DNA of 15,107 bases from Chloroflexota bacterium. Its GTDB lineage: Bacteria > Nitrospirota > Thermodesulfovibrionia > Thermodesulfovibrionales > Dissulfurispiraceae. Location: positions 1 to 15,107 of the forward strand of contig JBLMXV010000198.1 in the NCBI GenBank assembly GCA_050257935.1. The letters run 5' to 3'. Each line of letters begins with the position of its first letter. Position 1 is the stretch's first letter. The notes beneath the pieces were generated by a model that made no database searches, was not told the origin of the DNA, and was given only the letters and a program-made list of their open reading frames with translations. Positions 1 to 7,532 of the stretch are shown here, piece by piece. The position numbers and the translations under genes are program-made.

Positions 1-348
1 GACAGTGGGGTCGAGGTCTCGGGGAAATTCATGTACGACTTCAACACCGAGAACAACGACACGGACTACCAGTCCGGGCAGGAATTCCACTTCGACTACA
101 CCGTCGGGTATCACATAAAGAACTGGAGCCTCGGCGTCGGCGGCTATTACTACAAGCAGACCACAAACGACGAGCTCAATGACGAAAAGTTCCTGGACGG
201 CTTCAAGGGCCAGGTCTTTGCCATAGGGCCAGAGGTGAAATACGACTACAAGAATATGAGTTTCACGCTTAAGTACCAAAAGGAGATGGCTGTTGAGAAC
301 AAGCCGGAAGGCGACAAGTTCTGGTTCAAGTTCATGTATGTCTTCTGA
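1..348 (+). CDS. Outer-membrane beta-barrel protein, C-terminal fragment; the 5' end lies outside the window
   Basis: The frame is open from base 1 with no stop (DSGVEVSGKF...). Alternating aromatic/hydrophobic residues and abundant Tyr/Gly give a beta-strand pattern, and the C-terminus ends ...KFWFKFMYVF with a terminal Phe, the classic OMP beta-barrel signature. Stop at 346-348. Confidence 0.5.
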   Translation, partial: DSGVEVSGKFMYDFNTENNDTDYQSGQEFHFDYTVGYHIKNWSLGVGGYYYKQTTNDELNDEKFLDGFKGQVFAIGPEVKYDYKNMSFTLKYQKEMAVENKPEGDKFWFKFMYVF

Positions 349-359
349 GAAGGGCATCT

Positions 360-644
360 GTGGATGAGGTGCGGGAATTAATCAGGCGTTACGGTCTTGA
401 GGAGAACGCTGAGCATGTGATCGTTCCCTTCAGAGACAGGGACGGTCAACTGAAACGGTGTTATCTGTTGAAAAGGAGGTACATGCGGCTCATGTATCCC
501 GAGGGCCATTTCGTGGACTACCCGCTCGCCCAAGTTATAGAAGCGACGGTGAGGTACCCTGACCTGCTGCTGAGCGAGGCACTCTACCTCCTCGAAAAGG
601 AAAGGAATGCCGGCAAAGCCCACGACGGTCAGGAAACGATGTGA
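360..644 (+). CDS. Small hypothetical protein, 94 aa, GTG start
   Basis: ORF lying between the OMP gene and rng. GC content at third codon positions fits the surrounding genes, and a purine-rich stretch (gagaaggg) sits about 8 nt upstream of the GTG. No recognisable family. An ATG at 483 is an alternative start. Confidence 0.35.
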   Translation: MDEVRELIRRYGLEENAEHVIVPFRDRDGQLKRCYLLKRRYMRLMYPEGHFVDYPLAQVIEATVRYPDLLLSEALYLLEKERNAGKAHDGQETM

Positions 645-660
645 GCGCGCGGTGTGATGA

Positions 661-2139
661 ATGAGCAAGAAGATACTGATAAACGCGATACACGCTGAGG
701 AGAGGCGTGTAGCCATTGTCGAAGGCGACAAGTTGGTCGACTTTTATGTCGAAGTCGCCGGGAAGGAACATCTCAAGGGGAACATTTACAAGGGAACTGT
801 TGCAAGGGTTGAGCCGAGCATTCAGGCGGTCTTTGTCGATTTCGGACCGAAGAAGCACGGGTTCCTGCAGATGCGGGAGATCATGCCCGAGTTCTTTGCG
901 AAGAAGCAGGAAGGCAAGCGCCCCCGGGTTCAGGACGTGATGGTTAAGGGACACGAGATCATCGTCCAGGTGGAGAAAGACGAGAGGGACTCGAAGGGGG
1001 CGACCCTCACCTCCTATCTGTCTCTGCCGGGCAGGTACATAGTGATGATGCCGGGCCAGAAACGGGTGGGCATTTCGAGAAAGATCGAGGCGAGGGAGGA
1101 CCGCGACCGTCTGAAGGAACTCTTCGGCGCGCTGAAGCTTCCCAAGGATACGGGCTTCATTCTGAGGACAGCGGCCGGCGACATCAGCGGGGAAGAACTC
1201 TCATACGACCTCAAGTATCTCACAAAACTCTGGAACAGGATCAAGACCGAATCGAAGAAGGCCGCCTCGCCTGCTCTCATCTACAAGGAACAGGACCTTG
1301 CGGTCAGGACCGTCAGAGATTACCTCACCTCTGATGTGAGCGAGGTTCTCGTAGATGATGAGAACGCATTCAAGAAGTTGAAGGACTTCCTCAAGAGAAC
1401 TCTCCCGTGGCTGAAGATCAACGTCTCGTTTTACCGTGACAAGAAGCCCATCTTTTCGTTGTACAACATCGAACAGCAGATCGCGAAGATCCACGAACGG
1501 TACGTCTATCTTCCGTCGAAAGGCCACATCGTGTTTGATCGCGGCGAAGCTCTGACCGCCATAGATGTAAATTCGGGGAGGAGCAGGAAGGAAGAAAATG
1601 TCGAATCGACTGCGCTCAAGACGAATCTTGAGGCAGCTGAGGAAGTTGCAAGGCAACTCAGGCTCAGGGACATAGGCGGTCTGATCGTTGTGGATTTTAT
1701 CGATATGGTCTTGCCGAAGCACAGGAGGGATGTGGAGAATGCCCTGCGGAAGGCACTGAGTGCAGACAAGGCACATGCAGAGATCACCCCCATATCGAAG
1801 TTCGGCATCGTGGAGATGACGCGCGAGCGGATGCGTCCCGCCTATTTCGAGTCTGTGCATATGAGGTGCCCTGCGTGCGACGGGCTGGGAGTGGTGAAGA
1901 GTGACGAGATCCTGGCGGTCACGGCACTCAGGGAGGTTCATGGAAAGGTGGCATCGGGGCGCATCAGGAGGGTCGAGGTGCGCCTGCCCGTAGCAAGCGC
2001 TAATGTTCTCGTGAATACGAAGCGCGAGGAGATCATGACCCTCGAGCGCGCTTTTGACGTGAAGATCACGGTGACTGCAGACACCTCGCTTAAGCCGGGG
2101 CAGTATACGACCGATATAGAGAATCACGAGAAACGGTAG
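661..2139 (+). CDS. rng: Ribonuclease G (RNase E/G family, catalytic domain only)
   Basis: 492 aa, similar to E. coli RNase G (489 aa). N-terminal S1 domain (KGNIYKGTVARVEPSIQAVFVDFG), the conserved DVNSG motif (AIDVNSGRS), a DNase-I-like region and a CPAC Zn-link-like motif. No long C-terminal scaffold, so RNase G rather than RNase E. Confidence 0.9.
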   Translation: MSKKILINAIHAEERRVAIVEGDKLVDFYVEVAGKEHLKGNIYKGTVARVEPSIQAVFVDFGPKKHGFLQMREIMPEFFAKKQEGKRPRVQDVMVKGHEIIVQVEKDERDSKGATLTSYLSLPGRYIVMMPGQKRVGISRKIEAREDRDRLKELFGALKLPKDTGFILRTAAGDISGEELSYDLKYLTKLWNRIKTESKKAASPALIYKEQDLAVRTVRDYLTSDVSEVLVDDENAFKKLKDFLKRTLPWLKINVSFYRDKKPIFSLYNIEQQIAKIHERYVYLPSKGHIVFDRGEALTAIDVNSGRSRKEENVESTALKTNLEAAEEVARQLRLRDIGGLIVVDFIDMVLPKHRRDVENALRKALSADKAHAEITPISKFGIVEMTRERMRPAYFESVHMRCPACDGLGVVKSDEILAVTALREVHGKVASGRIRRVEVRLPVASANVLVNTKREEIMTLERAFDVKITVTADTSLKPGQYTTDIENHEKR

Positions 2140-2194
2140 CGGGAGCAAAGGATCGGGGGGGCCGGATACCCCACGGCATGGTGGAGGTAGCACG

Positions 2195-2680
2195 ATGACC
2201 TTAGCGGAGAAGATAGAGAGGCTTGTACGCCACCTGCCGGGGGTAGCGGGCTACCAGGACAGGGAGACGTCGAGGAGCACTGACAAGGTTGTTCGTCAGC
2301 GTCTTTCTGCAGAGCTCGATGAAATGGTCCGGGAGATCGAAAGGGTCAAGGCGAAGTGCGTGGATGATAAGGATCTCTCGTCCCTCGCTCTCCTGGACAG
2401 GCTTTCTACAAAGCTCGATAGGCTCTCTCAAACGGTGATGTATGCCAGTTACGGGTACGGGGGTCTTTTCGACGTCAGCAAGTTCGGCAGCGATGGGCTT
2501 GCACAGCTGTATGCCTTTGACCTCGGCCTTCTCGATGAGTTGGAAGCTGTCAGGGTGAAGGCCGGGGAACTCCGTCAGGGCGGCGAGGTGCTTAGGGAGG
2601 CCGCGGTGGAATCCGAACGGTTGCTCGATGTCTTTGAAAAGACATTCATGTCACGTCAGACGATTATCGAGGGTGGTTAG
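2195..2680 (+). CDS. Hypothetical coiled-coil protein, 161 aa, first gene of the SPFH/zinc-ribbon cassette
   Basis: Strong Shine-Dalgarno (ggaggt) 6-7 nt upstream of the ATG. Charged, heptad-like sequence (ELDEMVREIERVKAK...). Stop lies 10 nt before the next gene, whose SD (ggaggg) overlaps the stop region. No recognised family; it does not align to the PspA N-terminus. Confidence 0.7.
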   Translation: MTLAEKIERLVRHLPGVAGYQDRETSRSTDKVVRQRLSAELDEMVREIERVKAKCVDDKDLSSLALLDRLSTKLDRLSQTVMYASYGYGGLFDVSKFGSDGLAQLYAFDLGLLDELEAVRVKAGELRQGGEVLREAAVESERLLDVFEKTFMSRQTIIEGG

Positions 2681-2689
2681 GGAGGGACC

Positions 2690-3856
2690 ATGTCCGAGTT
2701 CGTGGAGATTATCGAGTGGTTCGATGAGACCGGCGACGAAATCGTTCACCGCTACCCTCAGGAAGGGTCGGCGGAAATCAAGTTCGGTGCTCAGCTTGTC
2801 GTGCGGGAGAATCAGGCCGCCGTGTTTTTCAGGGATGGCAGGGGACTCGACGTTTTCGGCCCGGGACGCCATACTCTCACCACGCAGAACCTGCCGATAC
2901 TGACGAAGCTGCTCTCCCTGCCGTGGGGATTCAAGAGTCCGTTCAGGGTCGAGGTGTGCTTCATCAATCTGAAGGTGTTCACGAACCTGCGGTGGGGAAC
3001 GAAGGAGCCGGTGGCATTCAAAGACTCGGAACTCGGGCTGATCAGGCTCAGGGCTTTCGGTGTCTTTACGATGCAGGTCACACAGCCGCTTCTGTTTCTC
3101 AATACCATCGTGGGCACGCGGGGCAGGCTTGACACCGGGTCGGTGGAGGATTACCTGAGGGAGGTGGTGGTGTCGAGGCTGACCGATTTTCTCGGAGATA
3201 CTGTCGACACCCTTGTCGAACTGCCGAAGTTCTATGACGAGATGGCCGTTGCTGTGAAGACCCGCCTGGCCGAGGATTTCCGCAAGTACGGGATGGAGTT
3301 GAGAGACTTTTACATCAGCCGCATCACGCCACCCGAGGACGTGCAGAGGATGATCGACGAGAGGTCGGGCATGGCAGCCGTGGGAAATATCGACGAGTTC
3401 TTCAAGTTCAAGGCCGCAAAAGCGATGGGTGACATGGCATCAGGACGGGGAGACACCACAGGAGGCGGGGCTGCTCAAGGGATGGGCCTCGGCCTCGGTG
3501 CAGGATTGGGCATGATGGTTCCGGGCATGCTGTACCGGGTACTCGGGGGACCTGTCACAGGTCCCGAGGTTGCAGGAAGAATGGCGACGGTCAACTGCCC
3601 CGACTGTCATGGCGAGGTGAGCCTGGACAGTCGTTTCTGTCCCCATTGCGGCAATCAGATGGTCGTGATCCGCAAGTGTCCTCGATGCAGCAAGAACGTG
3701 ACAGCCACTGCGAGGTTCTGCCCGTCCTGCGGCTTGGACCTGGCTTCTGAATTCCGCTGCCCCCATTGCCAGACGAAGCTGTTGCCAGGGGCGAGATTCT
3801 GCGTGAACTGTGGCGAGAAGATTCCCGAAACAGTGGAAGGGCGCGGAACCGCGTAG
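2690..3856 (+). CDS. SPFH/band-7 (stomatin-prohibitin) family protein of the COG4260/YdjI type with three tandem C-terminal zinc ribbons
   Basis: The N-terminus (FVEIIEWFDETGDEIVHRYPQEG...IKFGAQLVVRENQAAVFFRDG) matches the characteristic COG4260 opening (xxIEWxD...VWRFP). A Gly-rich low-complexity linker follows (GGGAAQGMGLGLGAGLGMM), then three repeats of CPxC-x(10-13)-FCxxCG (CPDC..FCPHCG, CPRC..FCPSCG, CPHC..FCVNCG). Confidence 0.85.
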   Translation: MSEFVEIIEWFDETGDEIVHRYPQEGSAEIKFGAQLVVRENQAAVFFRDGRGLDVFGPGRHTLTTQNLPILTKLLSLPWGFKSPFRVEVCFINLKVFTNLRWGTKEPVAFKDSELGLIRLRAFGVFTMQVTQPLLFLNTIVGTRGRLDTGSVEDYLREVVVSRLTDFLGDTVDTLVELPKFYDEMAVAVKTRLAEDFRKYGMELRDFYISRITPPEDVQRMIDERSGMAAVGNIDEFFKFKAAKAMGDMASGRGDTTGGGAAQGMGLGLGAGLGMMVPGMLYRVLGGPVTGPEVAGRMATVNCPDCHGEVSLDSRFCPHCGNQMVVIRKCPRCSKNVTATARFCPSCGLDLASEFRCPHCQTKLLPGARFCVNCGEKIPETVEGRGTA

Positions 3857-3970
3857 CTCACGACATAGGTACCGTCGAAGTGAAATACCCGTCTTCCATT
3901 AGTGCACGGGTGGGCTCACTCCCGTCGGCACAGGTTCGTGCCGTCCTGCGGACCCGCCCTTGAACCCCGG

Positions 3971-5494
3971 ATGCTGAAGCGCTTCTCGGTCTCTGCCGAG
4001 TGTCCCTCCTGCGGGGCTCCCCTCGACTTCAGCGTAGGTTCCAATGCGGTCAGCTGCAGCCATTGCCGCTCCAATCTTCTCATCACAGGGCGGGGCAAGG
4101 TCCTCAGCTACTGCGTGCAACCGCAACTCGACGTGCACCGTGCAGTGGCCAGGGTCATGGTGGCGCCGGTGCGCAGCGGCGTTCGTGTAATAAAACCCCG
4201 ACTCTATTTCATACCCTACCACAATTTCACGGGCTATGAGCTTCGGTGGGAGAGGATAAAGGAGACTCCTGCGGAGTCCATGCTCCACGGTGAAGGCGGT
4301 TCGTGGATGAGTTTGGACCCTGAGGAGTATACAGTGAGGCAGGTGCCGGTTGCGATCGGTGAGATAGTGGAGGCTGCGGGAGAGTTTTTCCGTGCTGTCT
4401 TCAGCAAGGGAAAGAAGGGTGTGCCTGCCGAAGATCCTCCCTGTCCTGCATCCGGGATGCAGACGGCCGCTGAATCCAAGCCTTTCCGTGGCGCGCATGC
4501 CGCAGCAAGTCCCGCTCTGTGCAGGGGTCTGCAACTTCGTGACCGCTATGTGACGAGGAGTTCCCTTGCACTCGACATGGACGGCACGGGCATGTATTCC
4601 CTCGGCGTGAGACCGGGAGTGGTGCGTCTCGAGCTCTTCAGGCGTGACAAGGTTGAGGCGCTCGGGCGTGTCGTGAGGCCCCGCGTATCCGCCGAAACTC
4701 TGATGTCACAGGTCACAGGCATGGAGACAGAACCGGAGTGCCTCTATCGCACGGTCCTTGCAAAGACGCTGTCCCTCATCTATTTTCCGTACTGGGTGGT
4801 GGAATGTGAGTGGAGGCGGGAAAGGTCCCTCACGATCGTCGATGCCGTGTCGGGATCGGTGGTGAGGCGCGACGCGTCCATCACCCTGTTGGAGATCCTC
4901 GACGAGACCGAACAGAGCGCCCCGGCAGTGGTGGGCTTCAGACAATTGATATGCCCGAATTGCGGATGGGATCTCCCCGTGAGGCCTGACGACGTGATCT
5001 TCTTCTGCTCATCGTGCAGGAAGGCGTGGCAGATACGGCAGGAAAACCTGAACGAGACGGCGTACCGCGTGGCGGACGGAGGTGACAGCGATACGAAAAA
5101 GCAGTTCCGCTATCTGCCCCTATGGGAAGTTCCATCCGTTTCAGGGGAAGATTCAGCGGAGACGCTTCCGGTTCCTGCCTGGAGATACCGCCGGCTCAAG
5201 ACACTGGTTGAGCTCGCCGTCAGGCTGTCGGGCCGGCCAATGAGCAACGCCCTGCCGGATACTCTGGTGGGCGATTTCGTAGGGTGCTACTACGACGAAG
5301 ACGATGCCCTTCTCATCGCCCGATTCGTGCGGGCAGCCCACATGGCGAAGACCGCCGAAGACCTTCTGAAAGTTTCCGAAGGCTCCGTGCAGACGGGGCC
5401 GGCATCTCTGACCTGGATCCCCTTAGAGGTGAGAGGAGTCAACCTGATCGAGCCTGTAACAGGGACGAGTCTCTACCGCGACCTCATCTGGTGA
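3971..5494 (+). CDS. Large double zinc-ribbon protein (YdjG-like), ~508 aa from the ATG at 3971
   Basis: N-terminal zinc ribbon (CPSCGAPLDFSVGSNAVSCSHCRSNL) directly after MLKRFSV, and a second one mid-protein (CPNCGWDLPVRPDDVIFFCSSCRKAW). Same strand, 114-nt gap after the SPFH gene. Start is ambiguous: ATG at 3971 has no SD, and a GTG at 3902 is possible. Architecture parallels B. subtilis YdjG. Confidence 0.7.
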   Translation: MLKRFSVSAECPSCGAPLDFSVGSNAVSCSHCRSNLLITGRGKVLSYCVQPQLDVHRAVARVMVAPVRSGVRVIKPRLYFIPYHNFTGYELRWERIKETPAESMLHGEGGSWMSLDPEEYTVRQVPVAIGEIVEAAGEFFRAVFSKGKKGVPAEDPPCPASGMQTAAESKPFRGAHAAASPALCRGLQLRDRYVTRSSLALDMDGTGMYSLGVRPGVVRLELFRRDKVEALGRVVRPRVSAETLMSQVTGMETEPECLYRTVLAKTLSLIYFPYWVVECEWRRERSLTIVDAVSGSVVRRDASITLLEILDETEQSAPAVVGFRQLICPNCGWDLPVRPDDVIFFCSSCRKAWQIRQENLNETAYRVADGGDSDTKKQFRYLPLWEVPSVSGEDSAETLPVPAWRYRRLKTLVELAVRLSGRPMSNALPDTLVGDFVGCYYDEDDALLIARFVRAAHMAKTAEDLLKVSEGSVQTGPASLTWIPLEVRGVNLIEPVTGTSLYRDLIW

Positions 5495-5499
5495 AACGA

Positions 5500-5919
5500 A
5501 TGGGAACGTATCCGGTGAGCCCGGCCAAGGAAAACCTGCTTTCAGAGCGCATGGCTGCGCTCGGAGTCCGCGAGGAAGACATTGAAGAGAGCTTCGTGAG
5601 GTCCGGCGGTAGGGGAGGGCAGAATGTCAACAAGACGTCAACCTGCGTGCAGCTCAAACACATCCCGACCGGACTCGAAGTGAAGTGCCAGAAGGAGCGA
5701 TCTCAGGCGCTCAACAGGTATCACGCACGGGTGCTCCTTCTCAGGAAGCTCGAACATCTCATCAAGGGCAGGGAGAGTGAAGAGGCAGCGCGTATAGAGA
5801 AGCTCCGCCGCCAGAAGAGAAAACGATCGAGAAGGGCACGGGAAAAAATACGGGAAGAGAAAGAGCGTGTATCGGAGAAGAAGGCTTCCCGCGCCTTTCG
5901 GACAGATCTCGACGATTAG
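5500..5919 (+). CDS. arfB: Alternative ribosome-rescue factor ArfB (YaeJ-like peptidyl-tRNA hydrolase with a GGQ motif)
   Basis: About 139 aa with the GGQ motif in SGGRGGQNVNKTST, as in class-I release-factor domains, and a strongly basic C-terminal tail (RRQKRKRSRRAREKIREEKE) typical of ArfB/ICT1. ATG at 5500 lies 5 nt after the upstream stop. An alternative ATG at 5551 (MAALGV...) aligns better with the E. coli ArfB N-terminus. Confidence 0.85.
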   Translation: MGTYPVSPAKENLLSERMAALGVREEDIEESFVRSGGRGGQNVNKTSTCVQLKHIPTGLEVKCQKERSQALNRYHARVLLLRKLEHLIKGRESEEAARIEKLRRQKRKRSRRAREKIREEKERVSEKKASRAFRTDLDD

Positions 5920-7412
5920 GGCTTGAGCCCCTTTTCCTCCAGTTTCGCCTTGAGCAGCTCGCCGAAGCTGCCGATGCCGTTTGTCACCTTTGTTTCCTGC
6001 CTCTGCGACTCCCTGAATCGGTCGTATTCTTCGTGCTCCGTCTTCTCAACAGCAGCCTTCCTGCTCAGGGTGACTTTTCCCCGCTCTTCATCCACGTCGA
6101 GGACGACTGCCTGCAGGGGAGCACCGACGGCAAAAGCGCGGCTGAGGTCTGATCCACGAGGCGTGCCGGATTCGGATTGAGGTATCAGCCCTGTAAAGCC
6201 GTCCGTTCCCTTCAAGAAGACCCCGAAGGGCATCACTTTCTCAACTATGCCGTGCACGGTCTCGCCGACAGCGGGAAGCTTCACCTTCTCTCGCTCCCTC
6301 TTCTGTTCCATCGAGAGGGAGATCCTCCTCTTGGATGGATCGACGGCGAGGATGTAGCATTCCACCTTCTGGCCCACTTCGATGACCTCACGGGGATTAT
6401 TGATCCTGCGGCCGGCGCCCAGGTTTGAGATGTGAACAAGTCCGTCGACGCCAGGTTCGAGGCTTACAAAGGCTCCGAAGGGAGCGAGCCTGGCCACCGT
6501 CCCTTCCACCTGTGCACCCACCTTGTAGCGCTCTCCGGTGCTTTCCCATGGATCCGGCTGCAGTGCTTTCAGGCTCAACGTCACGCGGTTGTTCTCCCAG
6601 TCCAGGGAGATGATCTTCGCCGTGATTTCCTGCCCGAGGCTGAGCACGTCCTGCGGTCGGTCAGTCTTGCTCCACGAAAACTCACTGAGGGGGATGAGGC
6701 CGTCGACGCCGCCCATGTCCACGAACGCACCGAAATTCTGTATCGAACTCACCTGCCCGGTAATATCAATGCCGACGGAAAGACGATGCTTGAGTTCTTC
6801 AATACGGACTTGCTTCTGCTCGTCCAGCAGGACCCTGCGGGAAAGAATGACGTTGCGCCCTTCTTCCTTGAACTCGAGGATTTTGAACGAGAAGGTCTGA
6901 CCGAGGTAGATGCCGCCTTCGCGGCCCCCCTTCAGGTCGATCTGGGAGAAGGGACAGAAGCATCTCACTCCGCCTACGGAAACTTCGAAACCACCCTTTA
7001 CTTCCCGTTTTACCTCTCCGGTCACGGGCTGGCCGTCTTCGTAGGCGGTGCGCAGCACGCCGAGCTGGACCGTCGAGTAGCCGTGGACGAGGGTCGTAAG
7101 CTTCCTCACGCCATCACGGACCGAAACGAAGAACGCATCGATATCGTCACCTTCGGACACCCTCCGCTCTCCGTTTCCATCAACGAATTCAGTGATGTCC
7201 ACAACCGCCTCGGTTTTCCCGCCGAGGTCGACGTACACGAGGTCCTCGGAGATGCTTACGACCTTTCCCCGCACCTTTGCTCCCGGCACAAGGCGGGTCG
7301 GCACAAAATCGTCTTTCTTCATCAGCTCGGCAAAGCTTTCACTTTGGCGGGCTTCCTCGTCTGAAACGTAAGACGAGGTGTTTTCGCTTCTGTCGAAATC
7401 ACCTGTACTCAT
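5916..7412 (-). CDS. rpsA: 30S ribosomal protein S1 (multiple S1 RNA-binding domains)
   Basis: ESFAELMKKD...VRGKVVSISEDLVYVDLGGKTEAVVDITEF matches the RpsA N-terminal pattern (SFAELFEESL...VRGVVV..VD.G.KSE). Repeated S1-domain units run through 498 aa. agaggt SD sits 6 nt upstream of the ATG at 7412; the ORF-track start at 7442 is probably too long. Confidence 0.85.
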   Translation of the reverse strand: MSTGDFDRSENTSSYVSDEEARQSESFAELMKKDDFVPTRLVPGAKVRGKVVSISEDLVYVDLGGKTEAVVDITEFVDGNGERRVSEGDDIDAFFVSVRDGVRKLTTLVHGYSTVQLGVLRTAYEDGQPVTGEVKREVKGGFEVSVGGVRCFCPFSQIDLKGGREGGIYLGQTFSFKILEFKEEGRNVILSRRVLLDEQKQVRIEELKHRLSVGIDITGQVSSIQNFGAFVDMGGVDGLIPLSEFSWSKTDRPQDVLSLGQEITAKIISLDWENNRVTLSLKALQPDPWESTGERYKVGAQVEGTVARLAPFGAFVSLEPGVDGLVHISNLGAGRRINNPREVIEVGQKVECYILAVDPSKRRISLSMEQKREREKVKLPAVGETVHGIVEKVMPFGVFLKGTDGFTGLIPQSESGTPRGSDLSRAFAVGAPLQAVVLDVDEERGKVTLSRKAAVEKTEHEEYDRFRESQRQETKVTNGIGSFGELLKAKLEEKGLKP

Positions 7413-7434
7413 GTATACCTCTAAAATGACCTTG

Positions 7435-7468
7435 GGTAACACGCGAAAAAGTTTCGGTGTGCGTTACC
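7435..7468 (-). promoter_or_regulatory. Imperfect hairpin in the rpsA 5' leader (GGTAACGCACAC...GCGTGTTACC)
   Basis: An 8-9 bp stem with a 12-nt loop, between the predicted promoter and the rpsA SD. S1 mRNAs are commonly autoregulated through leader structure. Confidence 0.25.
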
Positions 7469-7500
7469 ATAAAGGGGATGTACAACATTATGGAATATTA

Positions 7501-7530
7501 AGTATAGAGTAATTGGCAGGCCTCGGTCAA
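7501..7530 (-). promoter_or_regulatory. Candidate sigma70 promoter for rpsA (-35 TTGACC, 18-nt spacer, -10 TATACT)
   Basis: On the minus strand, TTGACC (plus coordinates 7525-7530) and TATACT (7501-7506) are separated by 18 nt, within the only AT-rich stretch near here. They sit about 90 nt upstream of the rpsA ATG. Confidence 0.3.
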
Positions 7531-7532
7531 CT

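Noticed and set aside
1201-2193. 330-aa ORF antisense to rng, and similar long antisense ORFs (6432-7364, 9980-10873, 12279-13262, 14045-14806)
   Set aside because: Each is fully embedded opposite a well-supported conserved gene (rng, rpsA, hemE, hflX, the small gene plus HD-GYP). Their sequences are Arg/Pro/Gly/Ser-rich and low-complexity, as expected of spurious open frames in ~60% GC DNA. None has an SD.
2140-2194. GGGG...CCCC hairpin after the rng stop as a terminator
   Set aside because: No U-tract follows. The next gene's SD comes directly after, so read-through is more likely.
3902-3970. GTG at 3902 as the start of the YdjG-like protein (ORF-track 530-aa version), and a CGGCAC-aggttc-GTGCCG hairpin
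   Set aside because: The extra 23 residues (MHGWAHSRRHRFVPSCGPALEPR) are Arg/His-rich and unprotein-like. Zinc-ribbon proteins usually begin just before the first CxxC, as the ATG at 3971 does. The hairpin lacks a U-tract. Kept only as an alternative start.
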